From positions 186,001 through 250,000 of the forward strand of contig JBECUI020000029.1 of assembly GCA_040954595.2 (NCBI GenBank): 64,000 nucleotides of DNA, in the 5' to 3' direction. Each line of letters begins with the position of its first letter. Position 1 is the first letter of the stretch. This DNA comes from Balanoglossus misakiensis. Taxonomy: Eukaryota; Animalia; Hemichordata. Of this stretch, positions 1 through 9,945 are shown one piece after another. The notes under the pieces were generated by a model. The model was not told the DNA's origin, did no database searches, and was given only the letters and a program-made list of their open reading frames with translations. Made by a program: the position numbers and the translations under genes.

Positions 1-122
1 TTGAGCTGAGGAGAGCACCTTCCTTCCCGGCACGCCACCAAGTAAAGTTCCACGCCGCCCACCACAGATGCCAGCATTCATTCATGCGAGTGAGTGTAAT
101 TGCAAATTTGCCTATTCTAGAT

Positions 123-299
123 CTGTAATGGAAATGGAGAAAGTACCTTATATTTTCTGTAAAATAGACATTTAATTGGCAAGCCGTCCTGCATCAATTA
201 TGAATTGTGTACATGCACTAAAGCGCCCTCACTGCTGGGTGTGTTGTATGGTCTTTAACCCTGTTTCAAATTAGAGTACTTTCTGCAATTTCAAGACAG
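123..299. mobile_element. 177-bp TIR-bounded insert (MITE-like) present in every long monomer; representative copy
   Basis: Left end CTGTaatggaaatggAGAAAGTAC versus reverse complement of right end CTGTcttgaaattgcAGAAAGTAC (19/24 match). Flanked by AGAT and ATCT. Absent from the short monomers (452-275=177). Confidence 0.8.
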
Positions 300-2188
300 A
301 TCTTACGTGCCATTGGAGAGCTCCATTGACTGGTCATTCATACTGTTTTCATTCATTCATTGCGGCATCAATATATTTTATCTATTCTAGCCAAAGAGCT
401 TGGCACCTGTTGAAATGAACTCATCTGCTGTGGGCCAGTTTATTGGTGGCAGTTGAGCTGAGAAGAGCACCTTCCTTCCCGGCACGCCACCAAGTAAAGT
501 TCCACGCCGCCCACCACAGATGCCAGCATTCATTCATGCGAGTGAGTGTAATTGCAAATTTGCCTATTCTAGATCTGTAATGGAAATGGAGAAAGTACCT
601 TATATTTTCTGTAAAATAGACATTTAATTGGCAAGCCGTCCTGCATCAATTATGAATTGTGTACATGCACTAAAGCGCCCTCACTGCTGGGTGTGTTGTA
701 TGGTCTTTAACCCTGTTTCAAATTAGAGTACTTTCTGCAATTTCAAGACAGATCTTACGTGCCATTGGAGAGCTCCATTGACTGGTCATTCATACTGTTT
801 TCATTCATTCATTGCGGCATCAATATATTTTATCTATTCTAGCCAAAGAGCTTGGCACCTGTTGAAATGAACTCATCTGCTGTGGGCCAGTTTATTGGTG
901 GCAGTTGAGCTGAGCAGAGCACCTTCCTTCCCGGCACGCCACCAAGTAAAGTTCCACGCCGCCCACCACAGATGCCAGCATTCATTCATGCGAGTGAGTG
1001 TAATTGCAAATTTGCCTATTCTAGATCTGTAATGGAAATGGAGAAAGTACCTTATATTTTCTGTAAAATAGACATTTAATTGGCAAGCCGTCCTGCATCA
1101 ATTATGAATTGTGTACATGCACTAAAGCGCCCTCACTGCTGGGTGTGTTGTATGGTCTTTAACCCTGTTTCAAATTAGAGTACTTTCTGCAATTTCAAGA
1201 CAGATCTTACGTGCCATTGGAGAGCTCCATTGACTGGTCATTCATACTGTTTTCATTCATTCATTGCGGCATCAATATATTTTATCTATTCTAGCCAAAG
1301 AGCTTGGCACCTGTTGAAATGAACTCATCTGCTGTGGGCCAGTTTATTGGTGGCAGTTGAGCTGAGAAGAGCACCTTCCTTCCCGGCACGCCACCAAGTA
1401 AAGTTCCACGCCGCCCACCACAGATGCCAGCATTCATTCATGCGAGTGAGTGTAATTGCAAATTTGCCTATTCTAGATCTGTAATGGAAATGGAGAAAGT
1501 ACCTTATATTTTCTGTAAAATAGACATTTAATTGGCAAGCCGTCCTGCATCAATTATGAATTGTGTACATGCACTAAAGCGCCCTCACTGCTGGGTGTGT
1601 TGTATGGTCTTTAACCCTGTTTCAAATTAGAGTACTTTCTGCAATTTCAAGACAGATCTTACGTGCCATTGGAGAGCTCCATTGACTGGTCATTCATACT
1701 GTTTTCATTCATTCATTGCGGCATCAATATATTTTATCTATTCTAGCCAAAGAGCTTGGCACCTGTTGAAATGAACTCATCTGCTGTGGGCCAGTTTATT
1801 GGTGGCAGTTGAGCTGAGGAGAGCACCTTCCTTCCCGGCACGCCACCAAGTAAAGTTCCACGCCGCCCACCACAGATGCCAGCATTCATTCATGCGAGTG
1901 AGTGTAATTGCAAATTTGCCTATTCTAGATCTGTAATGGAAATGGAGAAAGTACCTTATATTTTCTGTAAAATAGACATTTAATTGGCAAGCCGTCCTGC
2001 ATCAATTATTAATTGTGTACATGCACTAAAGCGCCCTCACTGCTGGGTGTGTTGTATGGTCTTTAACCCTGTTTCAAATTAGAGTACTTTCTGCAATTTC
2101 AAGACAGATCTTACGTGCCATTGGAGAGCTCCATTGACTGGTCATTCATACTGTTTTCATTCATTCATTGCGGCATCAATATATTTTA

Positions 2189-2612
2189 CAGCCGAAATTA
2201 TGAAAGGTCGCCGATTCAATATGTGATCTAGACGTCCTGTGTGCACTGAACACACGATGTGTTTATCTAACACAAACAACAGAACCTCTCATAAAAGAGA
2301 TGCGGTATCATTAGACTAATTACAGATGGTAGTCTGGAAACACGCTCCCCCTCAGAGAGAGTTGTTTACTTGGGTACGATGTCAAAGTTTAATCTCAAAG
2401 TGTATACGCTTTATGTTGAGAGTGTACCCAAGTAAACAACTCTCTCTGAGGGGGAGCGTGTTTCCAGACTACCATCTGTAATTAGTCTAATGATACCGCA
2501 TCTCTTTTATGAGAGGTTCTGTTGTTTGTGTTAGATAAACACATCGTGTGTTCAGTGCACACAGGACGTCTAGATCACATATTGAATCGGCGACCTTTCA
2601 TAATTTCGGCTG
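2189..2612. mobile_element. 424-bp palindromic MITE, TA target-site duplication (TSD), CAG...CTG termini (Tc1/mariner-pogo type, non-autonomous)
   Basis: 189-bp inverted arms 2189-2377 and 2424-2612, perfect by eye, with a 46-bp spacer. TA at 2187-2188 and 2613-2614. All other monomers show the empty site atatatttTAtctattct. Confidence 0.93.
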
Positions 2613-2726
2613 TATCTATTCTAGCCAAAGAGCTTGGCACCTGTTGAAATGAACTCATCTGCTGTGGGCCAGTTTATTGGTGGCAGTTGAGCTGAGGAGA
2701 GCACCTTCCTTCCCGGCACGCCACCA

Positions 2727-4530
2727 AGTACAGTTCCACGTGCATTCCTGGCCCTGGTTTTATTTATGTTTACAGACAATATTGCATTTTTGTACAAGTA
2801 TTTTAATCAACTATAAATTTTGAATGTGTCATTTACCTGAACCGGTCATGTTGACCAGAATGATACATTTCTGCCTTCACTCACCCTATAAATATGTGAT
2901 TGAGACATAGGTCATTTGCATAAGCTAACATACCAGAAAGTAAGCATATCTGTTGTTTTCCCTGTGTCACTGCCATCAAAGTAAAAATTAGACGTTGTGT
3001 AGAGCAAACTCCAATTTTTTGTTCTCAATAAACATGGATGAATTACATAGAATGTGTTTGTTGTTTACAGTCTTTAAATGACACATTAGATTATGCACTT
3101 TACAAAACGTTTCTGAGAAACAAGTGACTAACTAGTTTCTTTCCACTGTGGCCAACGTGGTTCACTGTTTGTGTCAGAATCTCTCTGTTTTGCAAGGATT
3201 TTGAAATCATAGTGGTGACATGCATAGTGAAAATCAGCTACTTTCAAATGTCCGTCATGTTCATGCTGTAATTGAATTTTCAAAGCTGGGCTGGCGTGTT
3301 TTTTCTTATTTACATAAGTATCACACTTTATACATGTATCTTCATGGGGTTTTTTGAGTCCCGTATTTAGGTCCTCTCTCACAATTTTACGAAATATCGT
3401 ATAACTGACAGTTGTTCTTCCCAGAAGAGATTGGTTGGTTATGAACTCTCGGTGTAACTGCGATATACTGTGGGCCGGCGCCAGGTACGGTTTAAATCGA
3501 GGATTCCTGCAGTAGTGAGATTCTACAATTCTGTGCCTGCGTACGTGTTCAGTGATATCAGTCAGCAAATTTGGATTGAGTTTCCGACGATGCCCTTTGT
3601 GTCGGCCCCTTGCATCTGGCATCAGACCAGTAAAGTTCCATGTGCATTCCTGGCCCTGGTTTTATTTATGTTTACAGACAATATTGCATTTTTGTACAAG
3701 TATTTTAATCAACTATAAATTTTGAATGTGTCATTTACCTGAACCGGTCATGTTGACCAGAATGATACATTTCTGCCTTCACTCACCCTATAAATATGTG
3801 ATTGAGACATAGGTCATTTGCATAAGCTAACATACCAGAAAGTAAGCATATCTGATGTTTTCCCTGTGTCACTGCCATCAAAGTAAAAATTAGACGTTGT
3901 GTAGAGCAAACTCCAATTTTTTGTTCTCAATAAACATGGATGAATTACATAGAATGTGTTTGTTGTTTACAGTCTTTAAATGACACATTAGATTATGCAC
4001 TTTACAAAACGTTTCTGAGAAACAAGTGACTAACTAGTTTCTTTCCACTGTGGCCAACGTGGTTCACTGTTTGTGTCAGAATCTCTCTGTTTTGCAAGGA
4101 TTTTGAAATCATAGTGGTGACATGCATAGTGAAAATCAGCTACTTTCAAATGTCCGTCATGTTCATGCTGTAATTGAATTTTCAAAGCTGGGCTGGCGTG
4201 TTTTTTCTTATTTACATAAGTATCACACTTTATACATGTATCTTCATGGGGTTTTCTGAGTCCCGTATTTAGGTCCTCTCTCACAATTTTACGAAATATC
4301 GTATAACTGACAGTTGTTCTTCCCAGAAGAGATTGGTTGGTTATGAACTCTCGGTGTAACTGCGATATACTGTGGTCCGGCGCCAGGTACGGTTTAAATC
4401 GAGGATTCCTGCAGTAGTGAGATTCTACAATTCTGTGCCTGCGTACGTGTTCAGTGATATCAGTCAGCAAATTTGGATTGAGTTTCCGACGATGCCCTTT
4501 GTGTCGGCCCCTTGCATCTGGCATCAGACC
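2727..4530. repeat. 902-bp direct tandem duplication (2727-3628 / 3629-4530)
   Basis: ORF stops at 3128 and 4030 are 902 bp apart. The copies differ by only a few SNPs (APAH/APDH, GLKK/GLRK). The junction atcagaccAGTaaagttcca uses AGT microhomology. Confidence 0.95.
3128..3628 (-). pseudogene. 5'-truncated duplicate of the transposase N-half gene (last ~165 codons)
   Basis: Matches the C-terminal part of the 4030-4986 ORF apart from two amino-acid changes. Its 5' part and promoter are missing. Confidence 0.85.
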
Positions 4531-4986
4531 AGTTGAACAGTGCATCATTTTGCTTAGAACGGTTCTAGTCCGCCTCTCACTAATGCCAAATAATTTCAGG
4601 AATGCATTTTTGCAGACAGTAACCGTTTCACCGCCTTCATTCACCAGGTGATAACGAACCGATTTCTTGTGTGACTTCATCTGCATATCCATCAGTTTGT
4701 AGAGCATCAAGTTCTGTTCATTATACACGCGACCATCAAAATATTTTCTCGTGGTGCCTAAAACATGCGTACTCCCAAGCTTCCGCAGACAATTCCCTTG
4801 AACGCAGGCGCATTCCAAGGAAAGACTGTCAATATCTGGAAAAGGGCGATTTTTCCTTGGTTTTTGTCTCGGACACGTCTTTTTAGAATTCCTACGTGGC
4901 TTGTTGGCTCGAGCTGACAGTTCGGTTCTGCGTTGCTGCCACACAGGAATGGGTTCCCACGCATAAGCAACTCCCCGGCAGGCCAT
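4030..4986 (-). CDS. Sola1-like transposase N-terminal half (Cys/His zinc-binding and DNA-binding region), standalone ~318 aa protein
   Basis: Motifs VCKNAFLKLFGIS, DARGRH, ESHYCR..YL....SI, VSY..FR, P..DTC..CD and H..H...A occur in the order seen in Sola1-type transposase N-termini. First ATG is at 4986 (the track starts at GTG 4992). Minus-strand AATAAA at 3661-3666. Confidence 0.8.
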   Translation of the reverse strand: MACRGVAYAWEPIPVWQQRRTELSARANKPRRNSKKTCPRQKPRKNRPFPDIDSLSLECACVQGNCLRKLGSTHVLGTTRKYFDGRVYNEQNLMLYKLMDMQMKSHKKSVRYHLVNEGGETVTVCKNAFLKLFGISERRTRTVLSKMMHCSTGLMPDARGRHKGHRRKLNPNLLTDITEHVRRHRIVESHYCRNPRFKPYLAPDHSISQLHREFITNQSLLGRTTVSYTIFRKIVREDLNTGLRKPHEDTCIKCDTYVNKKKHASPALKIQLQHEHDGHLKVADFHYACHHYDFKILAKQRDSDTNSEPRWPQWKETS

Positions 4987-5033
4987 GGTCACAGCTGAAG
5001 TATTTGTTCAAGTACTGACTGACTAAACGCGGC

Positions 5034-6167
5034 ATGGAACAAACGAACGAACGACTTCACGTTCGGAAAAAAAATCGTTGCGAGCTGTTGGGTGCATGCC
5101 TCTATAGTTGTCGGCAACCGTTCTTTTTTATTGCTAAACAATGCTGTCAGAGCATGGAAGGTGTGGTGGAAAACGAACAGAGGTTTTGTACGACCAACGA
5201 TTGGATGGTGCTACATATGGACTTCCACAAGTCATTGCCGGTTCCTAAACTCAGCTCTGAAGACTTTTACTTTAAATCGAAATTGCAAATGAAGCTCCTT
5301 GGAATTTACAACGGGACAACGGAAAAGATGCATTGTTATGTATGGACAGAGCTCGATAGCAGAAAGTCTCCCGATGAAGTTATTACCTGTCTAAATCACT
5401 TTTTTTATAACTCGGGTGTGACCAGCAGACATGCAGTTATTTACAGCGACAACTGCCGTGCCGAATTCAAGTGTGGGAAGTTAATGTTTTACTATGACTA
5501 TCTGTTACGAAAGGGCGTGTTTCGACGAATTGACTATAAAACTCTTGTGGCTGGACACACGTACTCCACCTGTGACCGAGTTTTTGCGTCCATTGAAAGG
5601 CATGCAAGTCGTTTCCAGAGTATAGAGACACCTCACGATTGGACATCTGTGATTCGAGGATCTTCTCTGAATGGGAACATTGGAGTTACGGAGATGACTC
5701 ACAGAGACTTTTTCAATTATTCTGATTTCCTGAAAAATGAGTACGTTGTGCGTTATGCAGATACAAACAATGTAACTTTTTACTACCAAGCCATGCACTA
5801 TTTTAATTTTGGAGAAGGAGAAAGGCTTGATACCGACGGCAACCTCAGAACATTTAGTCATGCAGATAAAGTTTGGGTGAGAACATCTCTAGATCCAAGC
5901 GAGACCCCGATTGTAGTCGACTTTAGAAAGAAGAAGCAGAACCGGCGTTTACAAGATTGTACGCTGAACAAACTTTATCAGGAACGTCGACCACTGGCGA
6001 GCAAAGTTTGGCGGGATCTTCAGAGTTTAGCCAAAAATTACCTGTCTCCGGAGGCAATAGAATTTTATAGGAATCTACCGCTTCAGGAGAGTAGTGGCAC
6101 CTCTGCAGACCCGTACGCCTTTCATGATGATGACGACGACGATGATGATGATATGGGCGGTGGTTGA
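5034..6167 (+). CDS. Sola1-like transposase catalytic (RNase H-fold DDD) half with acidic tail; start may be ATG 5154
   Basis: MDFHKSLPVP (cf. DLQxxLPxP), FYFKSKL, CYVWTE, EVITCL, YSDNC (cf. SDxCxGQNKN) and GHTYSTCDRVFASIE. All three candidate catalytic Asp residues are present. Poly-Asp tail. AATAAA overlaps the stop codon. Confidence 0.85.
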   Translation: MEQTNERLHVRKKNRCELLGACLYSCRQPFFFIAKQCCQSMEGVVENEQRFCTTNDWMVLHMDFHKSLPVPKLSSEDFYFKSKLQMKLLGIYNGTTEKMHCYVWTELDSRKSPDEVITCLNHFFYNSGVTSRHAVIYSDNCRAEFKCGKLMFYYDYLLRKGVFRRIDYKTLVAGHTYSTCDRVFASIERHASRFQSIETPHDWTSVIRGSSLNGNIGVTEMTHRDFFNYSDFLKNEYVVRYADTNNVTFYYQAMHYFNFGEGERLDTDGNLRTFSHADKVWVRTSLDPSETPIVVDFRKKKQNRRLQDCTLNKLYQERRPLASKVWRDLQSLAKNYLSPEAIEFYRNLPLQESSGTSADPYAFHDDDDDDDDDMGGG

Positions 6168-6172
6168 ATAAA
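6167..6172 (+). terminator. Polyadenylation signal AATAAA overlapping the stop codon of the catalytic-half gene
   Basis: TGAATAAA at 6165-6172, followed by T/GT-rich sequence. Confidence 0.55.
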
Positions 6173-6328
6173 CTGTCCTTTTCATGACGACAGTGATTTT
6201 GGATATTTGATGTGCGTGCACAGTTTATATGTAATATTTTCACACGAACGAGTTTTGACTGAATTTGATTAAAGAATGTACTCGATAATTAACAAATGTG
6301 CTGAATCGTGGTTATTATGTTGTTAATT

Positions 6329-6368
6329 TTTGTTTGTTTGTTTGTTTGTTTGTTTGTTTGTTTGTTTG
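6329..6368. repeat. (TTTG)n microsatellite, ~10 units
   Basis: Seen directly. Confidence 0.95.
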
Positions 6369-6501
6369 TAAACAATTTCCGTTCATTCAACTGGCTACAA
6401 AGTTGGATTTTTGTACTGGGAAGCGATAAACTCGCACATCAAAACCGGGGAGACTCGATCATTTTTCCCTGCAGGTAGCCTGAAAAGCACCCGGGCAGAG
6501 A

Positions 6502-6575
6502 TTACGTCATATATGGTCCACTTTAATACGAAATTATGCAAATGTGACATTTCACGGAAACGGCGTATATAAAAG
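6502..6575 (+). promoter_or_regulatory. Putative Pol II promoter of the winged-helix-SET gene (CRE-like site, octamer, TATA)
   Basis: TTACGTCA at 6502-6509, ATGCAAAT at 6536-6543, TATATAAAAG at 6566-6575, about 90 bp upstream of ATG 6667 (aacATGg Kozak context). Confidence 0.55.
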
Positions 6576-6666
6576 CGACCCTGGGCTATTGTTCGGAATG
6601 CGTCATCGACGAGAGAGTGACTGATAATTCTTCTACCTCGAGTCAACCATTCTGTATATACTGAAC

Positions 6667-8007
6667 ATGGCTAGCTGGCGCAGGAAGAGACAAGGCAATG
6701 TGCGGTCTGTAATCAACGAACGGCACCGCTCAGTTCAGTGTCCCTTTCTTCAAAAGTGGATCGGTGAGCAATTGGTATTTTCAGGTCGTTCAGAGGATGA
6801 AGTCCAGTCCAGTACTGTATTTGAGAGCTACAAATGTTGGGTTGAAAACTATTCGTCGGCGGACAATCAAGTAATGATTATGGTTACTAAAGCTCGATTT
6901 TTCAAGGTGAGAATGATCGCATTTTTCTTTCCCCCCCCCCCCTCCCTCCCTCCCTCCCTCCCCCAAGGGACTCGTTTTCTGTCTCTTTTAAACCTGTAAC
7001 TTAACGAAAAGGAAGTTTTTCACATATCTCTTCGTTGACACTATAGCAATTTGGAGCGCGGATGCTTCAAGAGAAGAGCGTTACCAAATCAAAGTCGGCC
7101 GGGGTTAATATTTATAGAGGTGTTCGTCTGAAAGCTGGTTCGCGAAGAATCTCAACGGGGAAACCTGAGCACAGTGTACTTCAGACCAGGGCAAGGGCAT
7201 TTCTTGATGACGCCAGCGTGACCGTTCCGATCGAGGTAAGAATGGTGTTTTGTTTGGACTAGGACAATAGAACGTTGCAATGAGTGTGTCAATGGGTGTC
7301 CAAGTGCAAACGTGGTCTGCTTCTGTCCACAAATGCCATTAATTTTTGGCAGGATTTATAAAATTGTCAATGAAGAATACAAAAATGAAAAACAACAGTT
7401 AATAGCAAACTGGTAGGATTGCAAGGGCTTGTAAAACGGTACACACTGTACCAGGAAGTTTGCAACACTAATGAAGAATGTATATGATATATTTAGGTGA
7501 GAACTGTTCGCGATCGCCGGGACGCAGGACGGTGCGCGTTTTCGACGAGGGATATTCAAGCCTGGGACGTCGTCTGCGAATACCGGGGCACGGTTATTAG
7601 CGTTGAAGAAGCTAGTCGGCGTGATGAGCTTTACAGGGCAGAGGGGAAACGACCACGCATGTTCCATCTCTACATTGGAAAGAGACACGTTGTGTGAGTG
7701 TATCACTTAGTCGAATATATGGTCATATATTGCAAAGCATCTGTCGAAATAGAAAACGTAATATTGTCTATATTTTCCTCATTAACGCAGCATTGACGGA
7801 TACGATGTCCCAGCCGGTGAAGAAAATTTAGCAGGCCTAATAAATCACAGTCAGCAGAACGCCAACTTGGTACCGGTTCGGATCGGAGAGCGCCTGGTTT
7901 TCTTTGCAACCAGGAATCTTTGTCAGGGAGTAGAGCTTTTGTATGATTACGGTGACGGGGGTGAAGAGGATTTCTTCAGTGGTTCTCAAACTTTTCCTGA
8001 AAATTAA
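6667..8007 (+). CDS. Four-exon winged-helix + SET-domain protein (PR-Set7/SETD8-like lysine methyltransferase), 280 aa; join(6667..6906,7047..7235,7497..7693,7791..8007)
   Basis: All three introns are GT-AG (gtgaga..ctatag, gtaaga..atttag, gtgagt..acgcag) and the 843-nt splice is open. SET motifs: AGRCAFSTRDI, VCEYRG.VIS.EEA.RR..LY, IDG, GLINHS and ELLYDYGD. The N-terminal FLQKWI..VFESYKCW..RFFKQFG..IYRGVRLK resembles D5-primase C-terminal/RFX-type winged helices. Confidence 0.85.
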
Positions 8008-8913
8008 GGCATTAACACATCAACGCTTCGGGGTGTCGTAACGGCGGCGCGGCGGGGGGGGGGGGGGGGACGTGAAAATGTTTGTATCAGGAACAAAATT
8101 CCCGTGCAAATCACCTTGATCCGGGTGGGTGGACTATTCGCGACAAATGTTGAAATCATACAAAGCATTTTACTTAATTAACCCATTTTTTTCATTTATT
8201 TGTTTACAGTTTACAACGTCATAGAGAAGTTGAACTAGAGACTGGATCAGCGTGGGTGACACCATAGTACACCAATGTTTTCTTCAGTTTGATTCAATTG
8301 TAATTTAAAACTGAGATTGCCTAACGCTTTCCCAGATTTTTTTAACCACTGAGAAACTGTGGGTTTTTTTCTGGGTTTTGGTGCGAGGTGATCTCAGTCA
8401 GTGGTGTTAATTTAATTAATCATTTTCTTTTCCTATTTACGTCGACTGAAATGTATTTTGATAGGTGATAGTCATACCATAAAAAAAATCTTACGGCGCG
8501 ACTGCCAAAATGTACATTTATTTGTCCGTTCCAAGTTATTTTGTGTATGTGTGATGGGTGCCGGTGACTGTGCAGGGTTGATTTCCCTAGAGCGACTGTT
8601 ATATTCGTTTTCCAACGATGATGAATTTACATGTTATTTGCTTGGCATTTTGACGCAGAGACACTTCTGAAAACACAAACCTATTAATTATGCCACGGGT
8701 GTAAATTGATCACATTAAAAGAGGCTTTAGACGTTTGCCGCGAGCTCCTGGTGGGCAGAATCTTGTCAGCCCAAATTTGACTATAAGTACATAGCCAATG
8801 ATGTGACGCTCTCCCACATCCTTCGCCGCGCCTTTTCGCTGATTTACAGCATCTTGCGTAAACACTGTCATTTGATCTTGCTTGGCAGAAGTCAACTTGC
8901 TCTATACTACATT

Positions 8914-9279
8914 ATGGCGGCCAAGCTCAACTGCATATCAGATAATGCCAAGGAGCGTTTGAGAGGCATCCTCGCCAGAAGGAGTCGCGTTTCCGGTGAC
9001 TGTGTGCTCTGGACGGGTGCAGCTTGTCGAAACGGCTATGGCTCTATTACGTTCAGAGATGAGAACACTCTAACCGCCTATGTCCATCACATTGCACTCC
9101 TAATTAACGGAGTGCAATTGGTGGGCAGGCGGTTAGAGTGTTCTCATCTTTGCAACGAAAAGCTATGCATCCGCCCAGAGCACATTGTCCAGGAAACGCG
9201 ACTCCTAAACATTTCACGAAAGACGTGCTTTAAATCCCCAAAAGGGGAGTGTCACCACGATCCCAGGTGCCTAAGGTGA
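8914..9279 (+). CDS. His-Cys box / His-Me finger (I-PpoI-like zinc-binding loop) endonuclease, ~121 aa
   Basis: CVLWTG...NGYG, YVHH, SHLCNEKLCIRPEH...E...N.SR..C.....C.HDPRC. ATG 8914 has a good Kozak context (attATGg); the track's GTG start at 8803 is less likely. A possible splice donor GTGAGT at 9276 overlaps the stop. Confidence 0.85.
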   Translation: MAAKLNCISDNAKERLRGILARRSRVSGDCVLWTGAACRNGYGSITFRDENTLTAYVHHIALLINGVQLVGRRLECSHLCNEKLCIRPEHIVQETRLLNISRKTCFKSPKGECHHDPRCLR

Positions 9280-9547
9280 GTAATCCTCTTCTCATTTGAT
9301 ATGTATTGTGTGACCCTGCAGTTGAAACGCTTTCATCAATAATTTGCGGCGCGTGGGTAATCTCGGTGTTATTGACAATGCAGCCGGCCCAAACATTTTT
9401 AAATTAACACTGTTTCTGACTGTATTAACGAAATGTCCAATTTGCAAGTAGCCTATAGACAACCCTTTTGAATGAGTTTTGTCTCGTTGAGATTTTATAC
9501 ATAAGGAACAATCTAGATTTATTTTAGAAGACACTGTTCTTTTAAAA

Positions 9548-9945
9548 CAGCTAGCATAATACAGCTAAATTTCGGAATTTCCGGACAATTTTCGGAATTC
9601 CTTTTAAATTTGAGAAATTTTTCATCAGATATAAGTGTTACTATTTATTGGACATGTTTTTATCATTGTTTACTTTTTAAGGTCATTCTCACCCCCCCCC
9701 CCCCAAAAAAAGCCGCTTTAGGCTTCATGTTCAGTAAAAAATCTGGAAAGTTCAGCTGAATTTTACACTGATCACACATTTTTGGGAAGGTCTGGCGCAA
9801 AATAAAGGATGACAAATGTAAATCTAATGTCACATTTGTAAACCTCTAAGTATTGTACACTCATTCTATTAAGTATATGCAAATAGTACGGATAATTTTT
9901 TCGGAATGTGGAATTCCGAAATTAGTTCGGAACGTGTTAGCAGTG
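9548..9945. mobile_element. Possible degenerate MITE
   Basis: Left cagctagca...ctaaatttcggaatttcc and right ggaattccgaaattag...tgttagcagtg form an imperfect inverted pair. No TSD was confirmed. Confidence 0.3.

Larger units (their letters stand above)
1..2740. repeat. Tandem array of 452-bp monomers (left block, all long form)
   Basis: The marker tctagatctgtaatgg recurs every 452 bp (inserts start at 123, 575, 1027, 1479, 1931). The block ends at ...agttccacg (2740). One monomer is interrupted by a MITE. Confidence 0.98.

Noticed and set aside
3470-6646. Short overlapping or antisense ORFs (3470, 4454, 4671, 4758, 5092, 5505, 5923, 6395)
   Set aside because: Shadow frames of the transposase genes or intergenic ORFs with no motifs.
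6907-6999. Proline-rich C-terminus of track ORF 6667-6999
   Set aside because: Read-through into intron 1 (poly-C tract); the real frame splices at 6906.
8040-8070. Poly-G run as a functional G-quadruplex
   Set aside because: Simple homopolymer, like the poly-C runs at ~6931 and ~9692; no further support.
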